The position numbers and the translations under genes were made by a program. Below are positions 54,415 through 64,000 of a DNA stretch of 64,000 bases, piece by piece. How positions within the stretch are numbered: position 1 is the first letter of the stretch; each line of letters starts with the position of its first letter. Where the stretch lies: NCBI GenBank assembly GCA_029062985.1, contig JAIDPA010000188.1, forward strand, positions 7,684 through 71,683, written 5' to 3'. The DNA comes from Muribaculaceae bacterium (lineage in GTDB: Bacteria; Bacteroidota; Bacteroidia; Bacteroidales; Muribaculaceae). The notes beneath the pieces are model-generated. The model did not search any database and was not told where the DNA came from. It saw nothing but the letters and a program-made list of their open reading frames with translations.

Positions 54415-56517
54415 ATGAAACAGCTTTTTATTTTAACATTATTATTGTTATTCGGGAGTCAGGCATTTTCTCAGTCAAACGATAGAACTGACTCTATACC
54501 CGAGGGTGATGAAAAAGTATTGAATGAAGTAGTTGTCACTTCGGCTCCGACATCGCTCAAGCTAACTAAAGGCGGGTTGACAATGAAAGTAGCCGGTACT
54601 CCTTTAAGCGATGTCGGCACATGTTTCGATGTGCTTCTGCAGCTGCCGGGAGTGAGGGAGACGGAAGGTAATATAGAAGTGATAGGGAAGGGAGAACCCC
54701 AGATTTACATCAATGGACGCCGCATGCTTGACCGCTCGGAACTTCTGCGCCTCTCATCCAAGGATATCCAAAGCATAGACGCTCTCTCTAATCCGGGAGC
54801 CCGATATGGGGCAGATGTAAAGGCAGTGATTCTGATAAAAACTGTCAGGAAACAAGGAGATGGATTGAGCGGTTCATTACAGGCTCTCTTCCGGCAGGCT
54901 CATTCCCTTTCTCAGTCTGATAATCTGGCGCTGAATTACCGCACGGCAGGAATAGATATTTTCGGCTCACTTAATTACGATCATACCCGACTGTATCAGC
55001 AACAGAGGAATACGATGCATATCCGGACGGCAAAAGACCTCTATCTTCTTAATTCAAAAATTCTGATATTGCCCTCATATTCGATGATTACCGGGAATAT
55101 CGGTATAAACTGGCAGATAAATCCGAAACATTCTGTCGGGATGAAATATGAATGCAGCGGAGCTCCTTATTCCAAATCATACTGGTATACGGATGAGGAT
55201 ATTTATTTGAATAGGCTGCCGACAGAGAAAATATTTATCGACACTCATTGGAGTGGCCACAGTCTGCCTGACCATTCTGTGAATCTCTATTATCTCGGAA
55301 AGATAAAATCTTTCTCAATAAACATTACCAATGATTATTTTTCTCAATATAAAAGGAATAGTCAGGACATTGCTGAGACAAGCGACCTGACAGGAGTTAA
55401 AATATTCGGTAGCAGAAACAGGGTCATAAACAAACTTTGGGCATCCAAGGGCATTGCTACCTATACTTATGGGAAAAATGAACTTGAATTCGGATATGAG
55501 TTTACATTGACTGACCGAAAAGACTTCTTTGAAAACATAAATAATGAATTGACAGATGCCGACAATCGTATAAAAGAATCAAATATATCCGGTTTTATGG
55601 CAGTCTATATCCCGATCGGGAAAGTGGAATTCAATGCCGGACTCAGATATGAGCGGGTTAAGTCAGATTATTATATGCATTCATGTTTTATTCCCGGGCA
55701 AAGTCGGCAGTACAGCAGATTTTATCCTAATTTTGATTTCTCTTTCCCTCTGAAGAAAGCAAATTTCACGTTGTCTTATACTTCTAAGACCAAACGTCCA
55801 TCATATAGCCTCCTGAGCAGTGCCATACAGTATGATGACAGATTCACTTATGAGAGCGGCAATCCATTGCTTACGTCTGAAATGATACATGATATTTCTC
55901 TTGCCGGTTTATGGAAATGGGTGTTTTTCAGCATCGGCTGGCAATATGATAAAGATGCTATAATAAGTGTCATAAAACCATTTGAAGAGGGTTCTCCGGT
56001 AAATCTGATGTCGTATGTCAACATTCCCAATTTGTCAAAATATAATCTGGTGCTTTCTTTATCACCTAAGATTCGGAGATGGTCTCCACGGTTTCGCCTG
56101 AATCTGTTAGGACAGGATTTTGAGTTGCATACAAGAGAAGGCATAAAGAAAATGAATAACCCGGTCTTATTCTGGAGCCAATATAACACTTTCAATCTGG
56201 GAAAAGGATTTAATCTGACTGCAGACCTGACAGGCTGGACACGAGGAGACATGGATGTAGTCACTCTAAAACCATCATGGCAATTAAACATAGGGCTGAC
56301 AAAAAACGTCAGGGGATGGTTTTTTCAACTTCAGGCTTCCGATATATTCAAAACTGCCAGAAACTCCATGACTACTTTCGGAGAACAGATGAGACTTGAG
56401 AAATGGAACTACAGCGACTCCCAAGCCCTACGTCTCATCATACGCTATTCCTTTAACGCGACTTCAAGCAGATATAAAGGAAAGACAGCCGGAATTTCAG
56501 AGAGATCGCGTTTATAA
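54415..56517 (+). CDS. Outer-membrane beta-barrel (TonB-receptor-like)
   Basis: Signal peptide, LLQLPGV, NPGARY, GNPLL, IRYSFN. Confidence 0.85.
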   Translation: MKQLFILTLLLLFGSQAFSQSNDRTDSIPEGDEKVLNEVVVTSAPTSLKLTKGGLTMKVAGTPLSDVGTCFDVLLQLPGVRETEGNIEVIGKGEPQIYINGRRMLDRSELLRLSSKDIQSIDALSNPGARYGADVKAVILIKTVRKQGDGLSGSLQALFRQAHSLSQSDNLALNYRTAGIDIFGSLNYDHTRLYQQQRNTMHIRTAKDLYLLNSKILILPSYSMITGNIGINWQINPKHSVGMKYECSGAPYSKSYWYTDEDIYLNRLPTEKIFIDTHWSGHSLPDHSVNLYYLGKIKSFSINITNDYFSQYKRNSQDIAETSDLTGVKIFGSRNRVINKLWASKGIATYTYGKNELEFGYEFTLTDRKDFFENINNELTDADNRIKESNISGFMAVYIPIGKVEFNAGLRYERVKSDYYMHSCFIPGQSRQYSRFYPNFDFSFPLKKANFTLSYTSKTKRPSYSLLSSAIQYDDRFTYESGNPLLTSEMIHDISLAGLWKWVFFSIGWQYDKDAIISVIKPFEEGSPVNLMSYVNIPNLSKYNLVLSLSPKIRRWSPRFRLNLLGQDFELHTREGIKKMNNPVLFWSQYNTFNLGKGFNLTADLTGWTRGDMDVVTLKPSWQLNIGLTKNVRGWFFQLQASDIFKTARNSMTTFGEQMRLEKWNYSDSQALRLIIRYSFNATSSRYKGKTAGISERSRL

Positions 56518-56623
56518 ATTTTTAGATTTAAAGTTTTGTTGCAGGATATGAATAGCATTGCTTTCAGAGGCTCTAACTTTGCACTGTCAATAATGACAAC
56601 TACTATTAATTTTGACAGTGACT

Positions 56624-57244
56624 ATGAAAAAAGAGAAACGTAATCTTCTGGACTGGTTTAAAAATCTGGTCCGCAATTCGGCTCCGGATATGGACAGTGT
56701 TCCGGAGCCGCCTGACGATCAGGTGGTGTCCACTCTCATGAGCCGTGCCTTGTATGCCGGAGATGATGGCAAAGCAGATGAGCCCAACAAAAACAAGGAA
56801 GAAAAAGAAGTTGAGATTGAGGATAAGAAGAGTCTTCCCGAGGATGTGGATTTGTCGGAGATGGAAGCAGGGGAGAGGAAGACATGTTGTCCTTTTGCAG
56901 TAAGACGTAACATAGTTTTGTCATTAGAAGAGATAAGACGTTTTGCTGAGGAACATCATCTGGCGGAAAACGTAATCAGGGCATTGCTCACGATTCTTGC
57001 GGAATTGGCAATCGGAGCTATGCGTGGGAAAGTGAGTTCGAAAGCACTTGATATACTCCTGAAGGTATTTAATTATGAGACTGCCCTTGCCGACGCTTAT
57101 GCACGCGGAGAGAAGGATGGCAGAAACGCAGGGATTGAAGAGGAGTATTTCCCGAAAGAGAGCGACGGGCTACCTCATCTCAGAGGCATACCGGGACATA
57201 ATCCTCAGTTGCCCGATATATTCACCCTTGCCACGCAGGCATGA
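56624..57244 (+). CDS. Putative capsid scaffolding-like protein
   Basis: Acidic, helical; NYETALADAYARGEKDGRNA..DGLPHL; directly upstream of the capsid-like gene. Confidence 0.5.
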   Translation: MKKEKRNLLDWFKNLVRNSAPDMDSVPEPPDDQVVSTLMSRALYAGDDGKADEPNKNKEEKEVEIEDKKSLPEDVDLSEMEAGERKTCCPFAVRRNIVLSLEEIRRFAEEHHLAENVIRALLTILAELAIGAMRGKVSSKALDILLKVFNYETALADAYARGEKDGRNAGIEEEYFPKESDGLPHLRGIPGHNPQLPDIFTLATQA

Positions 57245-57300
57245 AAGAATTCAGAATAATCAAAAAAGTATCACTAAAAAGCTTTTATTTGCAATAAATC

Positions 57301-58845
57301 ATGATAACACCAAACACTATTTCCGATAAGGAATCAATGACTTTTGTAGAGGGAAATCCTGAACTCAGCCGTGGCAGCGCAGGCTTATCCACTCAGGGAG
57401 CAGGACAAGCGACAACAGTGAGTGCGGCTGCCGGAGCTACCGGAGAAATCAGTGACGCCAATTTTATAGGCACTGCTATTGATGATGAGCTCTTCAGATT
57501 CAATAGTGAAGACACTCCCTTGATGAACCTTATGTTGAAGGCAAAAAGGGTAAATGTGAATTCTCCGGAGGTGGATCATTATATGATTGACGAACCGAGG
57601 TCATCCGTAATATTGCAGGCGACAATCGGAGGGACGTCACGCGGACGGTCTACACTTATACTTTCGGAAGGAGATGCCAACTCCATCCGCCCCTACACCA
57701 CACTTCTTGTGCAGGGCATAAACGGTTATGATCCGACAGGAGCCTACGAAACTCCCGGTAAAGACCTTATGCTCTTCGTGAGCGGCATAGAGCCGGCTAC
57801 AGGAAATCCTGTCGTCAGAGTTGTCAATGGGAAAAAGAACAATCCGGAGGATGAATATGGTTATCTGCCCGAAATTAAGAAAGGCACCCGTCTGGTGATA
57901 CTTGCCAATTCCCTCTATGAGACACAGAAAGAAGTGGATCCTGATCTTATACTCCCTCAACCCACAAGAATCTATCTTCAGAAGAGAGGTATGAATCAAG
58001 TGGTGAGTGATTATTTCGAGAGCCAGAAGAAACGCATTCCTTTCTCAAAAGCTGTCATAGCCGAACAAGCGATAGCCAACTTCAAAGTTAGAGGCAACCG
58101 TACGTTGTGGGCAAGTCGCGCAGGGAGGTTTAAGGTGGAAGTGCCTAAAATGGGCTTTCAGTATGCATATTGCACGGAAGGGCTCAGATGGCAGTTCAAG
58201 CGCGAACTTCAGGAACCGGGAGCCTGGACAGTAGAGAAAATCATAGCCCTGGCAAAAATGTTCTTCACAGGAGAAGATGTTCCGAAAAGCGCCATACTTC
58301 TGGCAGGAAAGAACCTTCTTGAAAAGATTCAGAAGATTGACTATTCCGCTCATCCTGAAATTCAGATAACGACGAAGACCAACAGTGTGGGATGGGTGGT
58401 CACGAATTTCCATACCGTATTCGGCGACATAGAGATTAAGCGCGAACCTACCCTCGACCGTCTTGGATGGAGCAACTCCGGAGCTTTGATAGGAGAGAAC
58501 CGTCTGGTGCATTACGTTTATTCAGCCGAACACACCTTCAACGACCGTGTGGATGGGGAGGAAGCGACACGCAGCGGTATCCTGATATGGGATGCCTTGG
58601 CTCTAAAGGGAACATGCCATATATGGATAGACGGTGATTCCAATGCCGGCAGCACAGACACCGCACGTATTATCCTTTGGGATCAGACAACGCCTCCCGA
58701 GAAAGAGAAAACAATAGAAGGAGCAGCCTATTATTTCACCAAGGAGATAAAGGACACCGATATCAAGTCGGGTAAACTCTATACGCCTGAAACGGGTACG
58801 GAAGATTCCGCAGTGATATGGAAAGAAGTGGAAAGTGAATTCTGA
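57301..58845 (+). CDS. Putative major capsid protein, unrelated to the Mu-like prophage capsid
   Basis: DTPLMNLM..V.SPEVDHY, TEGLRWQ, FHTVFGDIEIKREPTLD; recognised as a phage capsid-like pattern from memory. Confidence 0.65.
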   Translation: MITPNTISDKESMTFVEGNPELSRGSAGLSTQGAGQATTVSAAAGATGEISDANFIGTAIDDELFRFNSEDTPLMNLMLKAKRVNVNSPEVDHYMIDEPRSSVILQATIGGTSRGRSTLILSEGDANSIRPYTTLLVQGINGYDPTGAYETPGKDLMLFVSGIEPATGNPVVRVVNGKKNNPEDEYGYLPEIKKGTRLVILANSLYETQKEVDPDLILPQPTRIYLQKRGMNQVVSDYFESQKKRIPFSKAVIAEQAIANFKVRGNRTLWASRAGRFKVEVPKMGFQYAYCTEGLRWQFKRELQEPGAWTVEKIIALAKMFFTGEDVPKSAILLAGKNLLEKIQKIDYSAHPEIQITTKTNSVGWVVTNFHTVFGDIEIKREPTLDRLGWSNSGALIGENRLVHYVYSAEHTFNDRVDGEEATRSGILIWDALALKGTCHIWIDGDSNAGSTDTARIILWDQTTPPEKEKTIEGAAYYFTKEIKDTDIKSGKLYTPETGTEDSAVIWKEVESEF

Positions 58846-58872
58846 GAAATTTTATAAAACGTCATTACAGAA

Positions 58873-59082
58873 ATGGAAAAGACATATATTGCCCCCGGGA
58901 TGCTTGACTGGCAGATGTGCATTCCTGTAGGGAAATCGAGAGTGAGAATAAACTTCACGGGAGGATTTATGGGTCCGAATGGGTTAGTATCTTCACGCTT
59001 CTCTACCAGCGACCCTGCATTGCAGCGTATTATAGAAAATTCTCCTCAGTTTGAGAGGAGAAGAGTGGTTGCCTTAATATGA
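58873..59082 (+). CDS. Small phage-like protein
   Basis: INFTGG...FSTSDPALQRIIENSPQF. Confidence 0.6.
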   Translation: MEKTYIAPGMLDWQMCIPVGKSRVRINFTGGFMGPNGLVSSRFSTSDPALQRIIENSPQFERRRVVALI

Positions 59083-59648
59083 AAATAGCAGCGATTGCAG
59101 AGGATGTAGCCCTCCTTTCAGGTTATGATCCTCATTATCTTCCGCCGGATGCAACCGGAGATAAGAGCGGACTGCTACGTCGGGTCAGAATGGAGCTTGA
59201 GGATTGCGCACGCGAGGCAATCCTCATGACTCCGCCCGAGCAACTTTCAGGATGGAAACCGTTGTCGGGAAAAGAACTGCAATCTCTTCCGGATGGGGAA
59301 TATCTTCTCCCGCTTCCTCCTGATTTTCTTCTTCTGCATAGCCTCAGAATGTCTGACTGGGAAAGGGATTCAAGAGAAATTCTCCCCTCAAGCCATTGGC
59401 TTGCATCTCTTCAGCATACGGAGATAACGGCAGTGAGGGGAGGTCCGGATCATCCTTTCATATTCCGTGGGGTGACCCCGACAGGAGACGCTGCGCTACG
59501 GATATTCCGTAGCGCACCGGGCTCCACCTTAGCTGAAGGATGGTATATGCCGGCTCCCGTGATAGACCCGACGGGAGATATTCAGATTCCTTCCTCAGCT
59601 TATGTCCGGACTGTCAGGATGATAGCAGAGAGATTGAAGTCGGAATAA
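59079..59648 (+). CDS. Putative head-completion/adaptor-like protein
   Basis: LPPDFLLL..LRMSDW, RGGPDHP; ATGA-coupled. Confidence 0.5.
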   Translation: MKIAAIAEDVALLSGYDPHYLPPDATGDKSGLLRRVRMELEDCAREAILMTPPEQLSGWKPLSGKELQSLPDGEYLLPLPPDFLLLHSLRMSDWERDSREILPSSHWLASLQHTEITAVRGGPDHPFIFRGVTPTGDAALRIFRSAPGSTLAEGWYMPAPVIDPTGDIQIPSSAYVRTVRMIAERLKSE

Positions 59649-59681
59649 GCCGGAAGAAAACATTATTTAGGGAAATAGGAG

Positions 59682-60338
59682 TCAGAGGGTGGTAGTGGCA
59701 CGTGTCTGGCAGAGGACGCGGTAAATGCCGTAAAGACTGCTGAGCGGAATCTGAATAGGAGGATAATTGGAGTTGTAGCTTAAAGCTTCGATATAGTCCT
59801 TGCCTTGCTGCGAAGGACGCACCACTTTCACCAGCACTCCGTTTTCCGTATCTATGACCATAGGGTGTCCCCATGGGATAAAAGCTTTCTCATTGATTCT
59901 TTTGATAAAAAGCACTGACCCTCCGTAGATCTGGGGCTCCATGCTGTCGCCGGTGACCCTTATTGCAAAGTCAACACCTTTTCGGGGAGCGATTATTTTC
60001 TCACAATCGGCGAGAGCCACTCCTTCCGAAAGCATCTGGAGAGTTCCGGCGTGAGCTTCGACAGGCAGTAGAGGCACAAGATATTCTTCCAGCTCGGAAG
60101 CAACCGGTTTGCTCTCTTTGCGAAGAAGCATTTCCCCTTCCCCATAAAGGAGCCAATCTCTGTTGAGATGAGGGAACAGACTCACAACCTTGGCTATTTT
60201 TTCTTCAGGCATAGATTTGCGCATGGCTCCCAAATAGGCAACGGAGACTCCCAGTCGGCGTGCAAATTCGCTATGGGAAATGCCCTCATGCTTAAGGAAA
60301 CTTAGAAGACGCTGTTTGACAGTTTCTTGTTGAGACAT
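59682..60338 (-). CDS. CI/LexA-like repressor with S24 peptidase domain
   Basis: HTH SEFARRLGVS; VTGDSMEP and LVK catalytic motifs. Confidence 0.9.
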   Translation of the reverse strand: MSQQETVKQRLLSFLKHEGISHSEFARRLGVSVAYLGAMRKSMPEEKIAKVVSLFPHLNRDWLLYGEGEMLLRKESKPVASELEEYLVPLLPVEAHAGTLQMLSEGVALADCEKIIAPRKGVDFAIRVTGDSMEPQIYGGSVLFIKRINEKAFIPWGHPMVIDTENGVLVKVVRPSQQGKDYIEALSYNSNYPPIQIPLSSLYGIYRVLCQTRATTTL

Positions 60339-60447
60339 GATAAGTAAATTTAAAATTTTGTATAAGTCAGAAATTGAGAAATGCTAATGGCAAGCTTTAA
60401 TTTCTAATAGCAAAGTTATAAAAATTAATTTATATAAACAAATAATA

Positions 60448-60921
60448 ATGAAAAAAATCAGCGTACATATTAAAAGAGATGAGGTATATGGAGAGATAGA
60501 GCAGACCACTGCATACGTTGCCAGTCGGTTTCCCGCGGAAGAGATGGCAGATATCCCTGAACGCTTCGGGAGGATAGTTTCAGGCAAAGGCGATGCGAAT
60601 CTTCTGAACAGGTATTGGGAAGAGGGAGTGTCGACTTTGGTAGAGAAACTTAAGAGTTACGTCAGCGATACCGAATTTTCCGGAGACAGACTTTCTCTCG
60701 AGTTTACTGTCAGCGGAGCATACGAGGAAACATTGACTCCATCGGTTGCTGCCGGATGCTTTTCTTATATGGTCGGCTTAATTGCCTCGAAATGGTTCAG
60801 GATAACTTTTCCGGGTCAGGCTTCCGAATATGAGGAGCGTGCATTCAGGCGCCTTACTGATATTGAGAGACAATTATGCCACCGCCGTCCCCCTGTCAGA
60901 AAAGGAAACAGACATCAGTAA
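60448..60921 (+). CDS. Phage-like adaptor paralog 1
   Basis: I.RDEVY.EI..TT.Y...SYMV..IASKWF...RRPP. Confidence 0.55.
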   Translation: MKKISVHIKRDEVYGEIEQTTAYVASRFPAEEMADIPERFGRIVSGKGDANLLNRYWEEGVSTLVEKLKSYVSDTEFSGDRLSLEFTVSGAYEETLTPSVAAGCFSYMVGLIASKWFRITFPGQASEYEERAFRRLTDIERQLCHRRPPVRKGNRHQ

Positions 60922-60939
60922 TTTAAAAATAGCAGAGAA

Positions 60940-61431
60940 ATGCAGACAATAGAAATAACACTTGACCTCTCTGAGATAATATACGATATCCAGAATAAGA
61001 CTTATCTGACCGGCAAATGCCGCAGATCAGACAGTAATCATGAGCTTGTGGCAAACATGCAGGCAAATGATGATGATGAGAATGCAAACCAGGTGTTGAG
61101 GAGCATATCAATGGCGTATGCGATGTTGAAGACCAAACTTGGAGAATATCTTCAGCAGACGGTGACAAAAAGCTCGAACACACTGATAGATACTGATGCG
61201 CGTCTCTCACTATCTCTCAGGATGCCGTCAAATTATAATTTAGCTACTCTTGACACAATCACAGCCGCTGCCCATCAGTATATTGTCAGTTCGGCTGTGG
61301 TCGACTGGTTTACCATTACCCACAAGACGGATGCGCCGGAATACACATTGCTGGCAGAGTCATCGCTGAAAACTATGATTGAGGCTGTCAGTAAAAGATG
61401 CCGTCCTCTACGAAGAATAGGAAAGGAATGA
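60940..61431 (+). CDS. Phage-like adaptor paralog 2
   Basis: EIIYDIQNKTYL...HQYIV..AVVDWF...RP.R. Confidence 0.55.
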   Translation: MQTIEITLDLSEIIYDIQNKTYLTGKCRRSDSNHELVANMQANDDDENANQVLRSISMAYAMLKTKLGEYLQQTVTKSSNTLIDTDARLSLSLRMPSNYNLATLDTITAAAHQYIVSSAVVDWFTITHKTDAPEYTLLAESSLKTMIEAVSKRCRPLRRIGKE

Positions 61432-61946
61432 ACATGACAGAGATAACGTTTAGCAGAGATGCGCTCCTTGCCGATATTGGAAATGCGGCTTATGTGGCAG
61501 CTGATGTGGAGGAAGGGAGTACGGAGTCCCACAGACTTCACCAGACTTTCGATATATGTCAGGAGGATAACATAGAGCGCATCGACCGCCTGCTTTCACT
61601 TGCCTACTCGGAAGCACGCCTCCGTCTTCTCCCTGTAATAGCGAAAGGAAGCGGACACAGGAGGAGACTTTCCGATGTTGAGGCAGAGAAAAGAGACAGA
61701 CGACTGAGACTGTGCCTTCCGGAAAACGGGAAAGAGATACGGGCTGCCGGAATACGCGATGCAGTGCATGAATTCTTAATTGCAAGAGTGGTAGGGTGGT
61801 GGCTTTCGGTCACTCTTCCAGCCTCGGCAGGAGCATGGAAAGAAAGAGGAGACAGACTCGGAGAATCTCTTGAGGCAATTGCTGCGGAGGCATCTATAAC
61901 AAGAGCAGGCACAACTGTCTGTCGTCGTGCCTGCTCCCCTTTCTGA
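61428..61946 (+). CDS. Phage-like adaptor paralog 3
   Basis: LLADIGNAAYV...HEFLIARVVGWWL...RR..SPF. Confidence 0.55.
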   Translation: MNMTEITFSRDALLADIGNAAYVAADVEEGSTESHRLHQTFDICQEDNIERIDRLLSLAYSEARLRLLPVIAKGSGHRRRLSDVEAEKRDRRLRLCLPENGKEIRAAGIRDAVHEFLIARVVGWWLSVTLPASAGAWKERGDRLGESLEAIAAEASITRAGTTVCRRACSPF

Positions 61947-61958
61947 AATTCATATTGT

Positions 61959-63956
61959 TTATCGGCGTAGATTCCGGTTCCGGTTGTTGCCTTTGTCATT
62001 AGGATTGAAAGGATTCCGGGTGGGATCAAACATTTCCTCCTCTTCATCGTCAAGGTTATCATCGTTGCGTTTATTATTGCGCGCACGCTTATCGGTCTCC
62101 GGTTTATTTTTCTTGATAGCCTCTGGTTTCATTAGATCGATTGCCGTGTCAAAGACATTCCAGTCTTCAGTTTTCTCCCAGTTTTTCTTTAGGGAAACAA
62201 TTTTCGGATAATAGTAAGCCATATCAGGCTGACGTAATACAGAGAAATCGCCCGTGTCATAGATGCCGTTCCCATTATGGTCTTCGAAGATACGGGCATA
62301 ATATTTACCCGGAGTAAGATAGCGGAAAGTGACGGATTTTCCGTTCAGGGGAAGACGGCGTATGGGAGCATCAGATGTGGAAAGGAGTTCCACAAAGGCA
62401 GGCACGGAATCATTAAAATTCAGGATATTGAACGTGATTGCGCAATAATCTTCTTCGGTCTTTGTCTTAAAGGAATGTTCGTAAGGATTCGTAAAGAGTC
62501 CGTAGATTCCTTCTCCTGCCAGAGAGTCCACTCTCAGACGGTATTGAGTGGCATAATCCCAGGGATATTCCACTTTCAGTTTTCTGGGGGAAAGAGTATC
62601 GTAGGGCTCCACCTTCCATTCCCCCTTGACGGGCTGCCAGACGGAATCCTGCATAGTCTCGAGATGAAAAGCCGTAGAGTCAAGACGAGCAAGGGGAGTG
62701 TCAAATTCCATTATCAGAGGCATAAACACCTCATGGTTGGAAGAGGTGATCATCTTTATCCCGAGAGGAGGGATTACGGGAGGAAGAGTGTCAGCTTCCT
62801 CCTCTTTTTTATTCTTTTTATTCTCCTTGACGGGCTTCACTATCGGGCGGAAGAATCGGAGCGTATCGGTTGTGGGTGATAATTTCTGAGCAGAATCCGT
62901 TCGCAGGTATGTTGCGGCAATACGCAGGGAGTCAATTGCAATCAGGCTGCGTGGGCGCAGCCAGTAAGTAAGGGTGTCGTTCCCGGCTGACCGTTCGATT
63001 GTGTACCAATCCTTATACCCGTCTTCTCCGACTATTGAAAGCTCGGGTAGCTGCTTGGAAGGCGCATTAAAGAGAAAGGATAAGCGTGTGGAATCAACCC
63101 TCTCATATTTCTGAAGGAACTGAGCCTTGTAGTCGCTTTCAAAAGAGCGGAGGAGGATATCATTGGGGAGGTATCTGGTGCGCTCGCGGTTGATGATGGT
63201 GTCAACTTCTCCGGTTAGAAGATTGAAGATTGTGTCGACTGCATTCACCCTGGTGGAAGTAGGCGATAAGGTGAAATCGTAGAAAGCCATTGCTTCCTCA
63301 GGGTTGGCACGTTTATAATCGTTGTCAATATCATTGAGGGCATAGATACGGTATTCACCCGGCTTCAATCCGAGTATGGAGAATCTGCCGCGATCATCAG
63401 TTTTTGCCACTCTGTCAAAGGGGAGAGTGGAAAGGGCAGAATCAGCAAGGTTTGAATGGACACCCACAAGCATACCCTGCTGCGGCTCGAGTCCGTCGGC
63501 AGAAAGCACCATTCCTGAAATCCTTAGGGAATCGAGGGTTTCGCCTGTGGAGAATGTGTAAGTGAATCCCTGAAGCTTATTCCCTTCATTATTATCTTCA
63601 ATTGCGTTGGCGAAATCAATGGAATAGGTTGTGTTGGGGAGAAGAGTGTCGTTAAACTGCACGGAGACCCGGCGTCCCTGAGAAGAAACACGAGGTACAG
63701 AACCGGCAGACGGGGGAGAGACCACCACCTTCGTAAAGGCATCCTTGACGTTGACAAGCTCATCAAATTCTATGTCAATCCTCTGTCTCTTGACGTTAGT
63801 GGAACCCGGTGCCGGATTTGCCTTCACAAAACGGGGAGGGTCTTCATCGCGGGGTCCGCCGGAAGGATTCCCGATTGAGGCACAAGCCGCAAGGGCAATG
63901 ATGCTGATGACGAGCGAGAGGATATTAATAAGCCGCGGGGGGATGACTACACGCAT
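61959..63956 (-). CDS. Ig-like domain lipoprotein (host gene)
   Basis: LAAC lipobox, PSGGPRDEDPP, FDELV, IEDNNEGN. Confidence 0.8.
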   Translation of the reverse strand: MRVVIPPRLINILSLVISIIALAACASIGNPSGGPRDEDPPRFVKANPAPGSTNVKRQRIDIEFDELVNVKDAFTKVVVSPPSAGSVPRVSSQGRRVSVQFNDTLLPNTTYSIDFANAIEDNNEGNKLQGFTYTFSTGETLDSLRISGMVLSADGLEPQQGMLVGVHSNLADSALSTLPFDRVAKTDDRGRFSILGLKPGEYRIYALNDIDNDYKRANPEEAMAFYDFTLSPTSTRVNAVDTIFNLLTGEVDTIINRERTRYLPNDILLRSFESDYKAQFLQKYERVDSTRLSFLFNAPSKQLPELSIVGEDGYKDWYTIERSAGNDTLTYWLRPRSLIAIDSLRIAATYLRTDSAQKLSPTTDTLRFFRPIVKPVKENKKNKKEEEADTLPPVIPPLGIKMITSSNHEVFMPLIMEFDTPLARLDSTAFHLETMQDSVWQPVKGEWKVEPYDTLSPRKLKVEYPWDYATQYRLRVDSLAGEGIYGLFTNPYEHSFKTKTEEDYCAITFNILNFNDSVPAFVELLSTSDAPIRRLPLNGKSVTFRYLTPGKYYARIFEDHNGNGIYDTGDFSVLRQPDMAYYYPKIVSLKKNWEKTEDWNVFDTAIDLMKPEAIKKNKPETDKRARNNKRNDDNLDDEEEEMFDPTRNPFNPNDKGNNRNRNLRR

Positions 63957-64000
63957 GACAGGGTCTGTATGTTAAAAAATTGAATCAATAGAAATCAAGG

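Noticed and set aside
56624-61946. Part of the Mu-like prophage
   Set aside because: Lies 5 kb beyond the defined right end, separated by host genes; the prophage has its own capsid and repressor.

Overview
Bacteroidales chromosome window (gene content and TAnnTTTG promoters fit Muribaculaceae; taxon is inferred). It has five parts. (1) 1-8.4 kb: host genes (BspA-type LRR protein, EamA transporter, MnmD, two GLPGLI proteins, an OM barrel, BlaR1/BlaI). (2) 8.6-13.5 kb: a small island bounded by a 162-bp direct repeat, with an ATPase-nuclease gene, an internally deleted IS5 element and a nested inverted-repeat end. (3) 14222-51395: a 37.2-kb Mu-like transposable prophage that splits an aldo/keto reductase gene, with terminal inverted repeats, a target-site duplication, MuA/MuB/Gam, head, lysis and siphovirus-type tail genes; its tape-measure gene is interrupted. 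(4) 51.4-56.5 kb: host regulators and an OM barrel. (5) 56.6-61.9 kb: a compact stand-alone capsid/adaptor gene cluster with an S24 repressor but no portal, terminase or integrase, followed by a host lipoprotein gene. Most striking observation: the prophage receptor-binding cassette array (49046-51186) contains two G-tract switches of identical design. After each tract one frame stops at once, one ends on the start codon of the next cassette, and one stays open across that whole cassette and ends on the start of the cassette after it. This suggests a phase-variable translational-routing system for host-range choice, with no invertase or DGR in the prophage. Also notable: a canonical -1 frameshift signal fusing the portal to a MuF protein with a toxin-like tail, a tRNA-like structured RNA, and the GTA-like capsid cluster. 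All product calls come from motif recognition, not database searches.
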